Shown here: positions 51,743-61,866 of the stretch, one piece after another
How positions within the stretch are numbered: the first letter of the stretch is position 1
Layout of the letters: the number at the start of each line of letters is the position of its first letter
NCBI GenBank assembly: GCA_050950765.1
Contig: JBMNIF010000005.1
Coordinates: forward strand, 48,373 to 112,372
Length of the DNA: 64,000 bases
Source: Bdellovibrionota bacterium
GTDB taxonomy: Bacteria > Bdellovibrionota_C > UBA2361 > JAAYZI01
Direction of reading: 5' to 3'
Notes under the pieces: generated by a model
What the model was told of the DNA's origin: nothing
What the model saw: only the letters and a program-made list of their open reading frames with translations
Database searches by the model: none
Position numbers and translations under genes: made by a program

Positions 51743-53245
51743 ATGACACCTTGTATGCAGAACATCCTTAGTATTGATATCTCCGGAGAAAGCGCCGTTG
51801 CTGTTATTGCAGCAGTGGACGGAGTCTCTGTAACAGTGCTTGAAGAAAGCACCTCTCCCTTTGAATACTCCACTGTGGAAGAGGAAACATCTTCACTTGA
51901 TGACGAGTCTACGCCAGAAGAAACTCCTTCTAATCTTCAAGTAAAAGATCTCACCGCCACATTAAAAAAACTTTTAGCGCCGCTTCAGAACCCATACACT
52001 AGAGCGTCTCTAATTATTCCCAGCACTGATTATTGTTCCATCACCTTAGATCTTCCGTTCTCAGATCCGAAAGCGATAAACAAGATCCTTAATTTAGAGG
52101 TGCAAGATGTAGTGCCTGTTGATGTTGAGGAGTTTCATATTCAATATCAATTAATCTCTAGTAAATCAGACCATTCTCACAACGTTCATGTCAGCATGCT
52201 TCCTCGTGAAGATCTACGTACTATTTTAAACAGTTGTAAGGAAGTCGACATCGAACCTTATCTTGTAACTATTAAAGCTTGCGCAGCCTCTGCCCTCTTT
52301 TTTATTTTAAGTGAAACGGAAACTTCTGCCATTATCGATTTTTCAGATAACGTGCTCTCTATCTGTGCCATGTTTAACGCTCAAGTCTGCTATGACAGGG
52401 TTATTAATTATCCGAAAACAGATCATGCCCTTCCGAAAAAAGACTTACTGCGCGATATTCAAATAACCTTAGCAGCTTTTGAAAATAAGCATCAAACAAA
52501 GTTAAACAAGATCTACTTATTAAGCGATGCACTACTCAATTATAATATACAGAAAGAGTTAAAAGACTCAGCAGAACACATAGAACTTATATCCAAAGAT
52601 TTAATTAAATCTGGCAACAAACAGACACTATTGCCAAGTGCTGCTGCTATCTTTGCTCAAGATTTTAATGCACCCACTCCGTTAACAAACTTCAGATCTA
52701 GAGAGTTCGCTTACAGACCGCCACTAAAAGCACTTAAGAACGGAATAAAAATGCTCCTACCCTACTGTGCTGCTTGTTTAGGAATAATTTTATTATTGTT
52801 AGTATCTATCTATTATCTGAAAGAACATAGGATTAGCGCCACTGAACAGGCTATTCAAAAAGAGATTCGACAATTTATCCCGACCCTAACCGGCAACAAT
52901 GAGGCTACTATTGAACAGGTCTTGCAAAAATATAATGAGCTGGAGCAGGAGTTAAAGAATTTGAATACGAATTCAGTTGTTACGCCTCTCGAAGCGTTCG
53001 CTCTAATCAGTTCAGATCTAAGTAGTGTTATGACTCAACGTAAAAATATCTCTGTAAAGAATTTAGGAATTACACAAGACGGCATAACCTTTAAAGTTGA
53101 AACTCAAGATTATGGCGATATTGGAGCAATCACACGTGCCCTAAAAAGACGTAGTAAACACCAATATTGTGAGATTCGTAGTAAAGATCAGAATTCGAGT
53201 CAAAATAAGATCTCTACTTTTACTTTGGAATTTTGTAAAAAATGA
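51743..53245 (+). CDS. gspL: Type II secretion protein GspL (actin-like cytoplasmic domain + TM + PilN-like domain)
   Basis: LSIDIS, LPFSDPKAINKIL..EV...VP, NFRSREFAY before TM. Confidence 0.8.
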   Translation: MTPCMQNILSIDISGESAVAVIAAVDGVSVTVLEESTSPFEYSTVEEETSSLDDESTPEETPSNLQVKDLTATLKKLLAPLQNPYTRASLIIPSTDYCSITLDLPFSDPKAINKILNLEVQDVVPVDVEEFHIQYQLISSKSDHSHNVHVSMLPREDLRTILNSCKEVDIEPYLVTIKACAASALFFILSETETSAIIDFSDNVLSICAMFNAQVCYDRVINYPKTDHALPKKDLLRDIQITLAAFENKHQTKLNKIYLLSDALLNYNIQKELKDSAEHIELISKDLIKSGNKQTLLPSAAAIFAQDFNAPTPLTNFRSREFAYRPPLKALKNGIKMLLPYCAACLGIILLLLVSIYYLKEHRISATEQAIQKEIRQFIPTLTGNNEATIEQVLQKYNELEQELKNLNTNSVVTPLEAFALISSDLSSVMTQRKNISVKNLGITQDGITFKVETQDYGDIGAITRALKRRSKHQYCEIRSKDQNSSQNKISTFTLEFCKK

Positions 53246-53847
53246 TCGCACGAAATGTTTTTAAAAGATCCTTAGAGAGGTTGCAAAGTTTGTGCAGATA
53301 TTTGATGCACTTATTTGTCAAAGCCACCCCCCGCGAAAAAGCTCTTGTGTTTCTACTTTTATGCACAGCTCTTTTTGTGTTGATAACCTCTATTGTCGGA
53401 ACAGTTTCGGATGCTTTTGCAAAGCAAGAAAAAAAACTTAAACACGTCGAAACGTTACGTAAAGCGCTCCCCTATCGCTTATCTGAATACATTCACCTCG
53501 ACGCTAGAAAAAAAGAGATTGAAAGTGAATATAAAGATCTGAAAGGGATGGATGATATGCGTGCTGAATTTGAAAAGCTTTTAAAAAAGCATTCAAGTGT
53601 GCAGCAAGATCGTCTAAAAATAGAAGCCAAAGATGCTAAAAAATTCGCCGATAAATATAAGCAAGAACCGTTTAAAATAAACTTCACCATCTCAGATTAT
53701 TCGACTTTAGTTGAGATATTGGAAACACTGGACAATGGAGAAAAACCGATAATTATCAAATCTTTAGATATCGCTAAAAACCCCTATGGCAACTCTTTAA
53801 ATATCGAGCTCAATTTGATAGTGTTGCGCCGTGTTGAGGGTGAGTAG
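53242..53847 (+). CDS. gspM: Type II secretion protein GspM-like
   Basis: TPREKAL + TM + coiled coil + ferredoxin-like C-terminus. Confidence 0.7.
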   Translation: MIARNVFKRSLERLQSLCRYLMHLFVKATPREKALVFLLLCTALFVLITSIVGTVSDAFAKQEKKLKHVETLRKALPYRLSEYIHLDARKKEIESEYKDLKGMDDMRAEFEKLLKKHSSVQQDRLKIEAKDAKKFADKYKQEPFKINFTISDYSTLVEILETLDNGEKPIIIKSLDIAKNPYGNSLNIELNLIVLRRVEGE

Positions 53848-53856
53848 CCTGCATGT

Positions 53857-54885
53857 ATGCTTATGAGACTAAATAGGCCAAAATCACATATTTTTCTAAT
53901 GGGTTTTATTGCCATTACGGTAGCGGTGCTGTTAGGCCTTATCTTAATCGACAGTAAGGTTTATAAAAACTTTATCTCCGCTAAGGTAACTTCTGAGATT
54001 AGAAAAACAGGCCTACCGATCTTTGTTGATGCGCCTGAGTTATTCTTATTCGGAATAAAAGCTCCTGAACTTACTGCCAATTTTCGCATCTCTCCCTTTG
54101 CAATCCTTTCAATCAAACTTTCAGATGTAAATTTTCGCCCCGTTTTTTTAGACTTATTAGGGGGAAAACTTGTCGGATATTTTACTGCTACAGCCTATAA
54201 CGGAGATCTTTCTGGACGTCTTGATAAAGAGAGTGAATCAGAGGATGTAAAGGTCTCATTAAACTTGCAGCACGCAGATCTTTCAAAACATCCACAACTG
54301 GCAGCGTTGGGGCTTGAAAGCGGTAAGTTAACTGTTATTTTTAAAAATTTAATACTGAAAAAAGATAATTTTCTACCAGATTTTAAAACCCTCTCACTCA
54401 CCTTTGAAGATGGTTCCATAGCCACCAATTTTCTTTCAAACTTAGATCTCCCTTTGGAATTGCCACATATAAAAGATCTCACCGTAACCCTTACATCTTC
54501 TTTAAAAGAAGGTGCTTTAGAGATTACATCTTTACAACTTCGTTCCTCCGTTCTAACTATAAGCAACGCTAGCGGCAATCTAGAGTTAAAAAATGGACAA
54601 TCTCTTAGCTTTAATGCCGATGTGGAATTGGCAGATGTAATTGCAAAAAAGTTCACGCCTACTTTAATGATAGCTGCTTTACAAGCATCACATCATACCG
54701 TGCACAGCAATTTAACAGATAAAAGTAAGAAATTTTCTGTAAAGATTTCCGGTTTTCCTAGACGACTCAAGATTGAGTTAACAGATAAAGCAATTGCGAA
54801 GGTTCCGTTAATAGTTAAAAGCAAAAAGAACTTGCGGACATCTAAACAGTTACTAAAAAAGATCGGAAATGATAATGAAACGTGA
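53857..54885 (+). CDS. gspN: Type II secretion protein GspN-like
   Basis: N-terminal TM, beta-rich body, AYNG motif, last gene of gsp operon. Confidence 0.6.
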   Translation: MLMRLNRPKSHIFLMGFIAITVAVLLGLILIDSKVYKNFISAKVTSEIRKTGLPIFVDAPELFLFGIKAPELTANFRISPFAILSIKLSDVNFRPVFLDLLGGKLVGYFTATAYNGDLSGRLDKESESEDVKVSLNLQHADLSKHPQLAALGLESGKLTVIFKNLILKKDNFLPDFKTLSLTFEDGSIATNFLSNLDLPLELPHIKDLTVTLTSSLKEGALEITSLQLRSSVLTISNASGNLELKNGQSLSFNADVELADVIAKKFTPTLMIAALQASHHTVHSNLTDKSKKFSVKISGFPRRLKIELTDKAIAKVPLIVKSKKNLRTSKQLLKKIGNDNET

Positions 54886-54929
54886 TTCTCAAGAATGGAG
54901 AGTCTTCAACTTTTATGGAGAAGTAAAAA

Positions 54930-56267
54930 ATGTCGCGATCAAGGATACAGCAGTCTCTTGAAAAAATGGGGTTCTTTTATGTAAAGAACCATTATGAAGC
55001 TTTTATTGATTACGGTATAGACCTTCTTAATAAGATGGGTTCTCCTGATGGTTTCTTAAAAGACTCCAGCTGTTTGAGAGTCGACACACCGACACTCTCT
55101 GATTCGGCAACAGTGATGGTTATTGATATCGGAGGCACCCACACAAAGGCAGGCTTAGCGGCTCATCTTAATAGCACTGAAAAAGATTGGGATGTCCTCT
55201 TTGATGATGACAACCATCTTTTTGATATACCAGGAGAGGGCTTGCCCATTGAGCGCTTTACAAAAGCTTTAGCACAACGCCTGACGAAAGTATTTAAAGA
55301 GCGTGAAATTGATCCAACTAAGATCGATGGTGTTGGCATTATCTGGTCTAATGCCTTAGTTGTGCAACAGTTGCCTGAAAATGGCTTTCCACGAGGCACA
55401 ACCGCTCTCGTGACAGGATATAATCATGGTAACGCCTACCGCAAAGGTGAGTTCTTCACGAAAGAGCTCTATGATGGCTTTGATATAGGGCAGGCTTTTT
55501 TAAATGCCATGAAAGAAGCACACCTAACACCAAAAGTTTTTATTATCGGTAACGATACTGTTTTTACATTAAAAGCTTGTCCTAAGGCAGATGCTGGCAT
55601 GGTCGCTTCTACCGGTGCTAATGCTACTGATATCGGAGATGACGGCATTATCTATAACACGGAGATGGGCGCAATTTGTAGCATCTCTAAGGAATTACTC
55701 TCTGAGGGAGATCACGTCTTATGTGATTGGGATCAAACGAAGTCAAGCATAAAGTTGGAAGACTTAATTTCAGGCAAGTGGCTCCCACGTATCTTTGAAG
55801 GGCATGTAGTAGCTCTAGCAAAAGCAGGGATTGAATCTTTAGCAGATGCTGCTAAGTATTTTTCGAATGATGCTATAAATAAATTACGTGGACGAGATCT
55901 TGAGAAGTTGTTGAAAAAAGAAGAGGTGCCTGAAATTTTTGATGTGCCTGCCTGTCGTGGCTGTTTAGATGAGCTGCGTGAGATAGCGGATCTTCTAATT
56001 CGCAGAGCCGGTAGACTAGCTGCAGGAATGGCGTATTTTTCCCTATATCGACAATCAAAGAGAAAAGATTCTTTAGTCCTTTCCTTAGATAGCAGTCAAG
56101 CTCGTCATTTACCAGGTTACCTTGAAGCGTTAAAAGAGCAGCTGGAAGAGTTACTTGGAACAGAGAAAAAAGTTTCAATTCAACTACAATATCCGAGCGG
56201 ATCCATCGCTGTACCGATGAAAGGTTTAGCTGAAACTTTGTTTGGTGAGTTGGCTAGATTACAATAG
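54930..56267 (+). CDS. Hexokinase-family sugar kinase
   Basis: IDIGGTHTK (phosphate 1), IGNDTV, STGAN, NTEMG, LEDLISGKWL, RRAGRLAA. Confidence 0.75.
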   Translation: MSRSRIQQSLEKMGFFYVKNHYEAFIDYGIDLLNKMGSPDGFLKDSSCLRVDTPTLSDSATVMVIDIGGTHTKAGLAAHLNSTEKDWDVLFDDDNHLFDIPGEGLPIERFTKALAQRLTKVFKEREIDPTKIDGVGIIWSNALVVQQLPENGFPRGTTALVTGYNHGNAYRKGEFFTKELYDGFDIGQAFLNAMKEAHLTPKVFIIGNDTVFTLKACPKADAGMVASTGANATDIGDDGIIYNTEMGAICSISKELLSEGDHVLCDWDQTKSSIKLEDLISGKWLPRIFEGHVVALAKAGIESLADAAKYFSNDAINKLRGRDLEKLLKKEEVPEIFDVPACRGCLDELREIADLLIRRAGRLAAGMAYFSLYRQSKRKDSLVLSLDSSQARHLPGYLEALKEQLEELLGTEKKVSIQLQYPSGSIAVPMKGLAETLFGELARLQ

Positions 56268-56280
56268 TAATTATAGGAAT

Positions 56281-56323
56281 AAAAAAACGCCTCCTGTCTA
56301 AACTTTAGATGAGGCGTTTTTTT
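56281..56323. terminator. Bidirectional rho-independent terminator
   Basis: AAAAAAACGCCTC...GAGGCGTTTTTTT between convergent genes. Confidence 0.85.
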
Positions 56324-56366
56324 ATAGCTTCTGCCCTCCCATCATATTGCTGGGAGGGCAGTTGTA

Positions 56367-57689
56367 TTAAAATACTGTCTTCATACCTATGGAGACAAGT
56401 TGAATTCCAAGATCGTAATGTCCCAATAATTGGTTGCCGTAACTATCTCCGATCCTTGATTCTGCACCGTGAACAAAGAGATAGGCGTATGAGGCAAAGA
56501 TCTCTGTGCATTCTGAGATATTATATCCAAGACCGAAAGACATCCAGTTTCTATTTTGATCAGGCACCCTAGGAGAACGATAATCGTTAAAAACAGCGCT
56601 TTGATCGTAGGTCCAGCCACCACGTAACGTTAAGGCCTCAATGGGTTTATATACCAAGCCTAATGAATACCTCCAAGTGTCTGTCCATTTTTCATTCTCA
56701 ACTGTATCAGGTTGATTAGATCCGTACCGAATACGCAACTCGTTAAAACGTTTCCAATTTGTCCATGCAGATTCTGCTTGTATAGCTAATTGATCTGTTA
56801 ACCAATACTGAGTTCCGAAAGTAATAGATTCAGGAAGGGTAAAATGAGCACCGGCCGAAGTATTCACGAATAGACCTTGATCTTGAAAGAATGCCGCATT
56901 TTCAGGAACCTCGAACTCGGCATCAGCTCCGATATTTGTAACGATTCTGGAACGCCAATTCACACCGATCTTATTACGGTCGTCCTTCCCGTAAGTGTAT
57001 AAAGCACTAAGTCCCATATTTACGCCCCAATCATCACCGGAAAGTTCTGCGTAGCCATCAGATGATTGTGGATAAAGCCCCAATGCGGAAGCTCTCTCGG
57101 CACCCAAAACATTTTGTCCTAAAGAACCGAAATCGATGGCATTACTAAGGGTGGCTTTAACATAAGAGACACCAACGTTGGCACCGATAGAGAGATTGGG
57201 CAGAACTTTATAAGAAACTGCCGGATTTAAAGTTATTACTTTGACGTTACTTTCATCAGCTTTATAACGACCTATCCAATCTCTATCATAATCGATAACG
57301 AAACCGTACGGGGTGTTAAATGATAATCCGAAGGTAAGGTCTTCTGTTACTGGATGTGTGAAATATGCACTAGCGAGAGGCATCGTGGCACCTCCGTCAC
57401 TAGGATAACCCAAAAGGGGATTACCTTGAGAATCAACAGAACCGGTGTCTTCAAAATCAATCTTTAAATTAACTAAAGAAGCTTGCCATGCAAAAGTTGT
57501 CTCTTTTAATTGAGACATTGCGGCAGGATTAAAAAAGACTTCACTACCATCACCATAGCCGACTACTGAACCGGAAAAAGCATCACCGACACCAACTGCA
57601 CTCTGCTCTAAAATTGCATAACCGGCAGCATAAGCATTAGAAGTAAACGCTCCTAACAAAATAAGAGATATTAATAAAATTTTTCTCAC
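56367..57689 (-). CDS. fadL: FadL/OmpP1 outer-membrane transporter
   Basis: AGYAILEQS, FFNPAAM, LNPAVSY, PRVPDQNR, C-terminal F. Confidence 0.9.
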   Translation of the reverse strand: MRKILLISLILLGAFTSNAYAAGYAILEQSAVGVGDAFSGSVVGYGDGSEVFFNPAAMSQLKETTFAWQASLVNLKIDFEDTGSVDSQGNPLLGYPSDGGATMPLASAYFTHPVTEDLTFGLSFNTPYGFVIDYDRDWIGRYKADESNVKVITLNPAVSYKVLPNLSIGANVGVSYVKATLSNAIDFGSLGQNVLGAERASALGLYPQSSDGYAELSGDDWGVNMGLSALYTYGKDDRNKIGVNWRSRIVTNIGADAEFEVPENAAFFQDQGLFVNTSAGAHFTLPESITFGTQYWLTDQLAIQAESAWTNWKRFNELRIRYGSNQPDTVENEKWTDTWRYSLGLVYKPIEALTLRGGWTYDQSAVFNDYRSPRVPDQNRNWMSFGLGYNISECTEIFASYAYLFVHGAESRIGDSYGNQLLGHYDLGIQLVSIGMKTVF

Positions 57690-58110
57690 AGAATTTTCTC
57701 CCCAAAAAGCGTAAGTGAGATATTTTTACACAACTTCCTCGATTGAGTTAGTTGTTGAAGAAAAACTATCAAGGGGCGTGTAACGTCCATTGTAAAACGT
57801 TAAATTTCTCTTCATTATTCAATTCACTTACGTACCACTTACGTAAACTGCTGGGACGCTAAAATGTTTCAGTGATAGGATCAAGCGAGTGTCCTTTTTT
57901 GTAGAAAGGGTATTCTAATCAATCTTCTACACAGAAAATATTCTAAAAAATCATTTTTTTAAAAAAAATCTCATTTCATTGACAACGGCGATCCCCCACA
58001 AACCGAACATATATACATCTTAGCAAGATAAAATACGTGCAAAAATAACTTCAGATCGGAAGTTGCATCTGGATTTTATCTGTATTTTTAAGACATTGGA
58101 GATATTTATC

Positions 58111-58599
58111 ATGTACATAGAACAATTAAATAAAGCAAATAACTTAAACAATTTAAGCAATTATTGTTGTTATAACTCAACACCTAGACTAAGTGAGATG
58201 GGTTCAGCGTATGGCAATAATTCTCTTGCTGCTGCGTGGGGCAATACTTCTAATAATTTTGCGATTAATCAACTTGCGCAAACTATTTCACAATTAGTTG
58301 GGTTAGTTGAAAACCTTCTGAGCAATATTTTAGGGAACTCAACTTCTACTCCTGCCTCAGGAGCAGCTCTAGCCACTCCTGAAGCAGCCGCCGCAGCTCC
58401 TACAACTGAGGCAACAAGTGCTGCCGCTTCTTCAGAAAGCGCCACTGCTGCACAATCAAAAGATAAAACTTCGATCTTCGGTAAATTAGCTGATGCTATA
58501 GGAGATGTTGTTGATGGTTTTAAAGGGGCTGGTAAAACAGTACGTAAGGCTTGGAAAGCTATTAAGTCTGTTTTTACTGCTATTAAAAATTGGTTTTAG
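58111..58599 (+). CDS. Low-complexity hypothetical protein with C-terminal cationic amphipathic helix
   Basis: GGAG RBS, followed by its own terminator; Asn-rich N-terminus, Ala/Ser/Thr linker. Confidence 0.72.
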   Translation: MYIEQLNKANNLNNLSNYCCYNSTPRLSEMGSAYGNNSLAAAWGNTSNNFAINQLAQTISQLVGLVENLLSNILGNSTSTPASGAALATPEAAAAAPTTEATSAAASSESATAAQSKDKTSIFGKLADAIGDVVDGFKGAGKTVRKAWKAIKSVFTAIKNWF

Positions 58600-58625
58600 T
58601 AATATCATTAACTTTTAATTATACA

Positions 58626-58665
58626 GGGGGAGGTAATAATTATATTTATCTCCCCTATTTCTTTA
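58626..58665 (+). terminator. Probable rho-independent terminator
   Basis: GGGGAGGTAA...TTATCTCCCC followed by TATTTCTTT. Confidence 0.6.
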
Positions 58666-58696
58666 ACTTTTTCTACTAAATTTATTGCGCAATATA

Positions 58697-58725
58697 TTGA
58701 CTTTGAACCCCTAAAGGGATAGAAA
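58697..58725 (+). promoter_or_regulatory. Sigma70-type promoter of tRNA-Lys
   Basis: TTGACT-N17-TAGAAA, 16 bp upstream of the tRNA. Confidence 0.5.
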
Positions 58726-58741
58726 AAACTCTGCGTTTTAT

Positions 58742-58814
58742 GGGCCGATAGCTCAGTTGGCAGAGCAACAGACTTTTAATCTGTGGGTCGCAAGTTCGAG
58801 ACTTGCTCGGCTCA
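58742..58814 (+). tRNA. tRNA-Lys, anticodon TTT
   Basis: GGGCCGA/TCGGCTC acceptor, GCTC/GAGC D-stem, ACAGA-CTTTTAA-TCTGT, GCAAG-TTCGAGA-CTTGC. Confidence 0.96.
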
Positions 58815-58862
58815 TTTCTTCGCATTCAATACAACAACTCCATATTACTGTGCCAAGTTACT

Positions 58863-59603
58863 GTGAGCGAAAATCTAAAAAACAGGATTGAGAAGTTTTT
58901 TAAGGATACTCCTGACCTGTCTACCCCTACTCCTTCCTTAAAAAAAGACTTTTCTTCTAAAAGAGTTTTAATCACAGCTGGTGCTACAATAGAGGATATT
59001 GATCCAGTTCGTTACATCAGCAATCGTTCAAGTGGGAAAATGGGGGTGGCTATTGCTAAAGAAGCTGCTCTGCGTGGTGCTGAAGTAACTTTTATTCACG
59101 CTTCTTTGCACGTTCCCGTTCCAGCGTTACCGAATCTTACAGCTATCGCCGTTCGTTCAGCTGATGATATGTATCAAGCAGTAATGTCTAAAATACAGGA
59201 ACAAGATTTAGCTATATTTGTTGCTGCCGTATGCGACTTTAAGCCGAAACGTTTTTCCGAACAGAAATTAAAGAAACGTGCAGGTAGGGCCTGCCCCTTA
59301 AATAATATTGAATGGGTTAAGACCCCCGATATCTTAGCTGCGGTGGGAAAGCTTGAGAAACGTCCTTTCTTAGTAGGATTTGCAGCCGAAAGTGAAGACA
59401 TTATTAAAAATGCCAAAAAAAAATTAACCTCGAAAAAATGCGATATGATCTGCGTTAATGATATCTCTAAGAGTGAATCCGGTTTTGAAGTTGATAACAA
59501 TCAGATAACCCTTATAACAAACTCAAAGATCACCCCTCTTCCCTTAATGACAAAAGACGCTACGGCAGAAGCGATCTTATCAGCCATCTCAAAAGCTCTA
59601 TAA
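58863..59603 (+). CDS. coaB: Phosphopantothenate-cysteine ligase (CoaB domain only)
   Basis: LITAGATIEDIDPVRYISNRSSGKMG, AAVCDF, TPDIL, VGFAAES; no flavoprotein CoaC half; start uncertain (the ORF-track start overlaps the tRNA). Confidence 0.88.
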   Translation: MSENLKNRIEKFFKDTPDLSTPTPSLKKDFSSKRVLITAGATIEDIDPVRYISNRSSGKMGVAIAKEAALRGAEVTFIHASLHVPVPALPNLTAIAVRSADDMYQAVMSKIQEQDLAIFVAAVCDFKPKRFSEQKLKKRAGRACPLNNIEWVKTPDILAAVGKLEKRPFLVGFAAESEDIIKNAKKKLTSKKCDMICVNDISKSESGFEVDNNQITLITNSKITPLPLMTKDATAEAILSAISKAL

Positions 59604-59609
59604 ATTCCT

Positions 59610-60771
59610 TTTACCCCCGTCCAGATTTTTAACCTCCGTAAAGACCTAACAGATTCGTTCTGCAGTTGCAGCCCGTCCTAGCGTCCCTGAAGGGTGGCAC
59701 CAAATTTTTGACCAAATTTTTACCCGTCCCTGAAGGGTGGCACCAAATTTTTAACCTCCGTAAAGACCTAGCCGATCCTGCTCTGCAGTTGCAGCCCGTC
59801 CTGCTGTCCCTGAAGGGTGGCACCAAATTTTTGACCAAATTTTTACCCGTCCCTGAAGGGTGGCACCAAATTTTTAACCCCCGTCCAGACCTAGCTAGTT
59901 CTGTCTTCAGTCGCAGCCCGTCCTGCTGTCCCTGAAGGGTGGCACCAGATCTGCCAAATTCTAACTTTTGCTAACATACTGATATTATTAGCCGCCAATT
60001 AGGACACCCACTTTTTACTGGTGGGTGGCACCAAATTTTTAACCTCCGTAAAGACCTAGCCGATCCTGCTCTGCAGTTGCAGCCCGTCCTGCTGTCCCTG
60101 AAGGGTGGCACCAAATTTTTGACCAAATTTTTACCCGTCCCTGAAGGGTGGCACCAAATTTTTAACCCCCGTCCAGACCTAGCTAGTTCTGTCTTCAGTC
60201 GTAGCCCGTCCTGCTGTCCCTGAAGGGTGGCACCAGATCTGCCAAATTCTAACTTTTGCTAACATACTGATATTATTAGCCGCCAATTAGGACACCCACT
60301 TTTTACTGGTGGGTGGCACCAAATTTTTAACCTCCGTAAAGACCTAGCCGATCCTGCTCTGCAGTTGCAGCCCGTCCTGCTGTCCCTGAAGGGTGGCACC
60401 AAATTTTTGACCAAATTTTTACCCGTCCCTGAAGGGTGGCACCAAATTTTTAACCCCCGTCCAGACCTAGCTAGTTCTGTCTTCAGTCGCAGCCCGTCCT
60501 GCTGTCCCTGAAGGGTGGCACCAGATCTGCCAAATTCTAACTTTTGCTAACATACTGATATTATTAGCCGCCAATTAGGACACCCACTTTTTACTGGTGG
60601 GTGGCACCAAATTTTTAACCTCCGTAAAGACCTAGCCGATCCTGCTCTGCAGTTGCAGCCCGTCCTAGCGTCCCTAGTGGGTGGCAGCGGATTTTTAACC
60701 CCCCTCCAGATCTAGCTGGCTCGCTTCGCTGTATCAGCCCCTCTTGGCGTCCTTTGTGGGTGGCAGCGGAT
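59610..60771. repeat. Higher-order tandem array of GGGTGGCACC-core units (288-bp period)
   Basis: Core GGGTGGCA at 59692, 59735, 59815, 59858, 59937, 60023, 60103, 60146, 60225, 60311, 60391, 60434, 60513, 60599, 60679, 60758. Confidence 0.95.
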
Positions 60772-61866
60772 CTACCATGCTTGTAATTTTTGACAGATGT
60801 AAGTTACATCTTCGTCTGATAGCTCCGGATACATCGGTAAGGTCAAGATTTTTTGATATAACGCCTCAGTTTGCGGCAAGTCCCCATCCGTCCTTAAGCG
60901 ATCTACATAAGCAGGCTGTTTATGCACCGCCTGCGGATAATGCAGCCCACTCTGAATACCATTTTCCGCCAGATACTCCTTTAACTCATCACGCGCTTCC
61001 GTCTCTACCACATACAGATGCCAAGCATGAGTATAACCTTTTAAAACCTGCGGATGTACAATCTTTTTATTAACAACACCTGCATAGCGCGCCGCAATCC
61101 TAGCACGCCGTGCATTCCACTCCTTCAAAAGGGGTAACTTAACAGATAATACCGCTGCTTGAATTTCAGAAAGTCTACTATTAAAACCCTTTTCACTACT
61201 AATAAAACGCGTCCTCCAACCATACTGCCTAAGAGCTGAGACCTCATCTGCAACCGATTTCAGATTAGTCACAACAGCTCCACCATCTCCACAACAACCG
61301 AGATTTTTTGTCGGATAAAAACTAAAGGCAGCAGCGTCAGAAAACGTTCCGACAAGGTCTCCTCCGATCAGCGCCCCCGCTGCCTGCGCACAATCTTCAA
61401 CAACCTTTAAATTGAACTCTTTGGCGATCTCTGAAATCGCAAACATATCTGCCGGATGCCCATAGATATGCACCGGCACAATCGCTTTCGTTTTAGGAGT
61501 AATTAACCTTCTAATTGAAGAAGAAGAGATGCAACGTGAGACGGGATCTATATCAGCCAAGACAGGCACACCCCCAATAATTTCAATAGCAGCCACAGTA
61601 GCTACCGCAGTATGAGAAACTGTAATAACTTCATCCCCTTCTTTTACTCCGACAGATCGTAACGCTAAAGCAACGGCAGCCGTTCCACTCCCCACTCCAA
61701 CACAATGAGAGAGACCTAAATACTTCGCAAAAGCCTCCTCAAAAGCTTTTAACTCTGGTCCCATTAGATAATACCCACTTTGCAAAACTCGATTAAAGAC
61801 CTCTTGCAAAATCTGATAATTCTCATTGGTTTGAGCAGCAATATCACAAACAGGGATCTTCCTCAT
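60772..61866 (-). CDS. DegT/DnrJ/EryC1/StrS sugar aminotransferase
   Basis: GSGTAA, PVHIYG, VEDCAQA, FSFYPTKNLGCCGDGG, NSRLSEIQAA, LPMYP. Confidence 0.95.
   Translation of the reverse strand: MRKIPVCDIAAQTNENYQILQEVFNRVLQSGYYLMGPELKAFEEAFAKYLGLSHCVGVGSGTAAVALALRSVGVKEGDEVITVSHTAVATVAAIEIIGGVPVLADIDPVSRCISSSSIRRLITPKTKAIVPVHIYGHPADMFAISEIAKEFNLKVVEDCAQAAGALIGGDLVGTFSDAAAFSFYPTKNLGCCGDGGAVVTNLKSVADEVSALRQYGWRTRFISSEKGFNSRLSEIQAAVLSVKLPLLKEWNARRARIAARYAGVVNKKIVHPQVLKGYTHAWHLYVVETEARDELKEYLAENGIQSGLHYPQAVHKQPAYVDRLRTDGDLPQTEALYQKILTLPMYPELSDEDVTYICQKLQAW

Noticed and set aside
59610-60771. CRISPR array, or coding ORFs 59629-59838 and 59666-59935
   Set aside because: Inter-core sequences repeat periodically rather than being unique spacers; the ORFs are translations of the repeat
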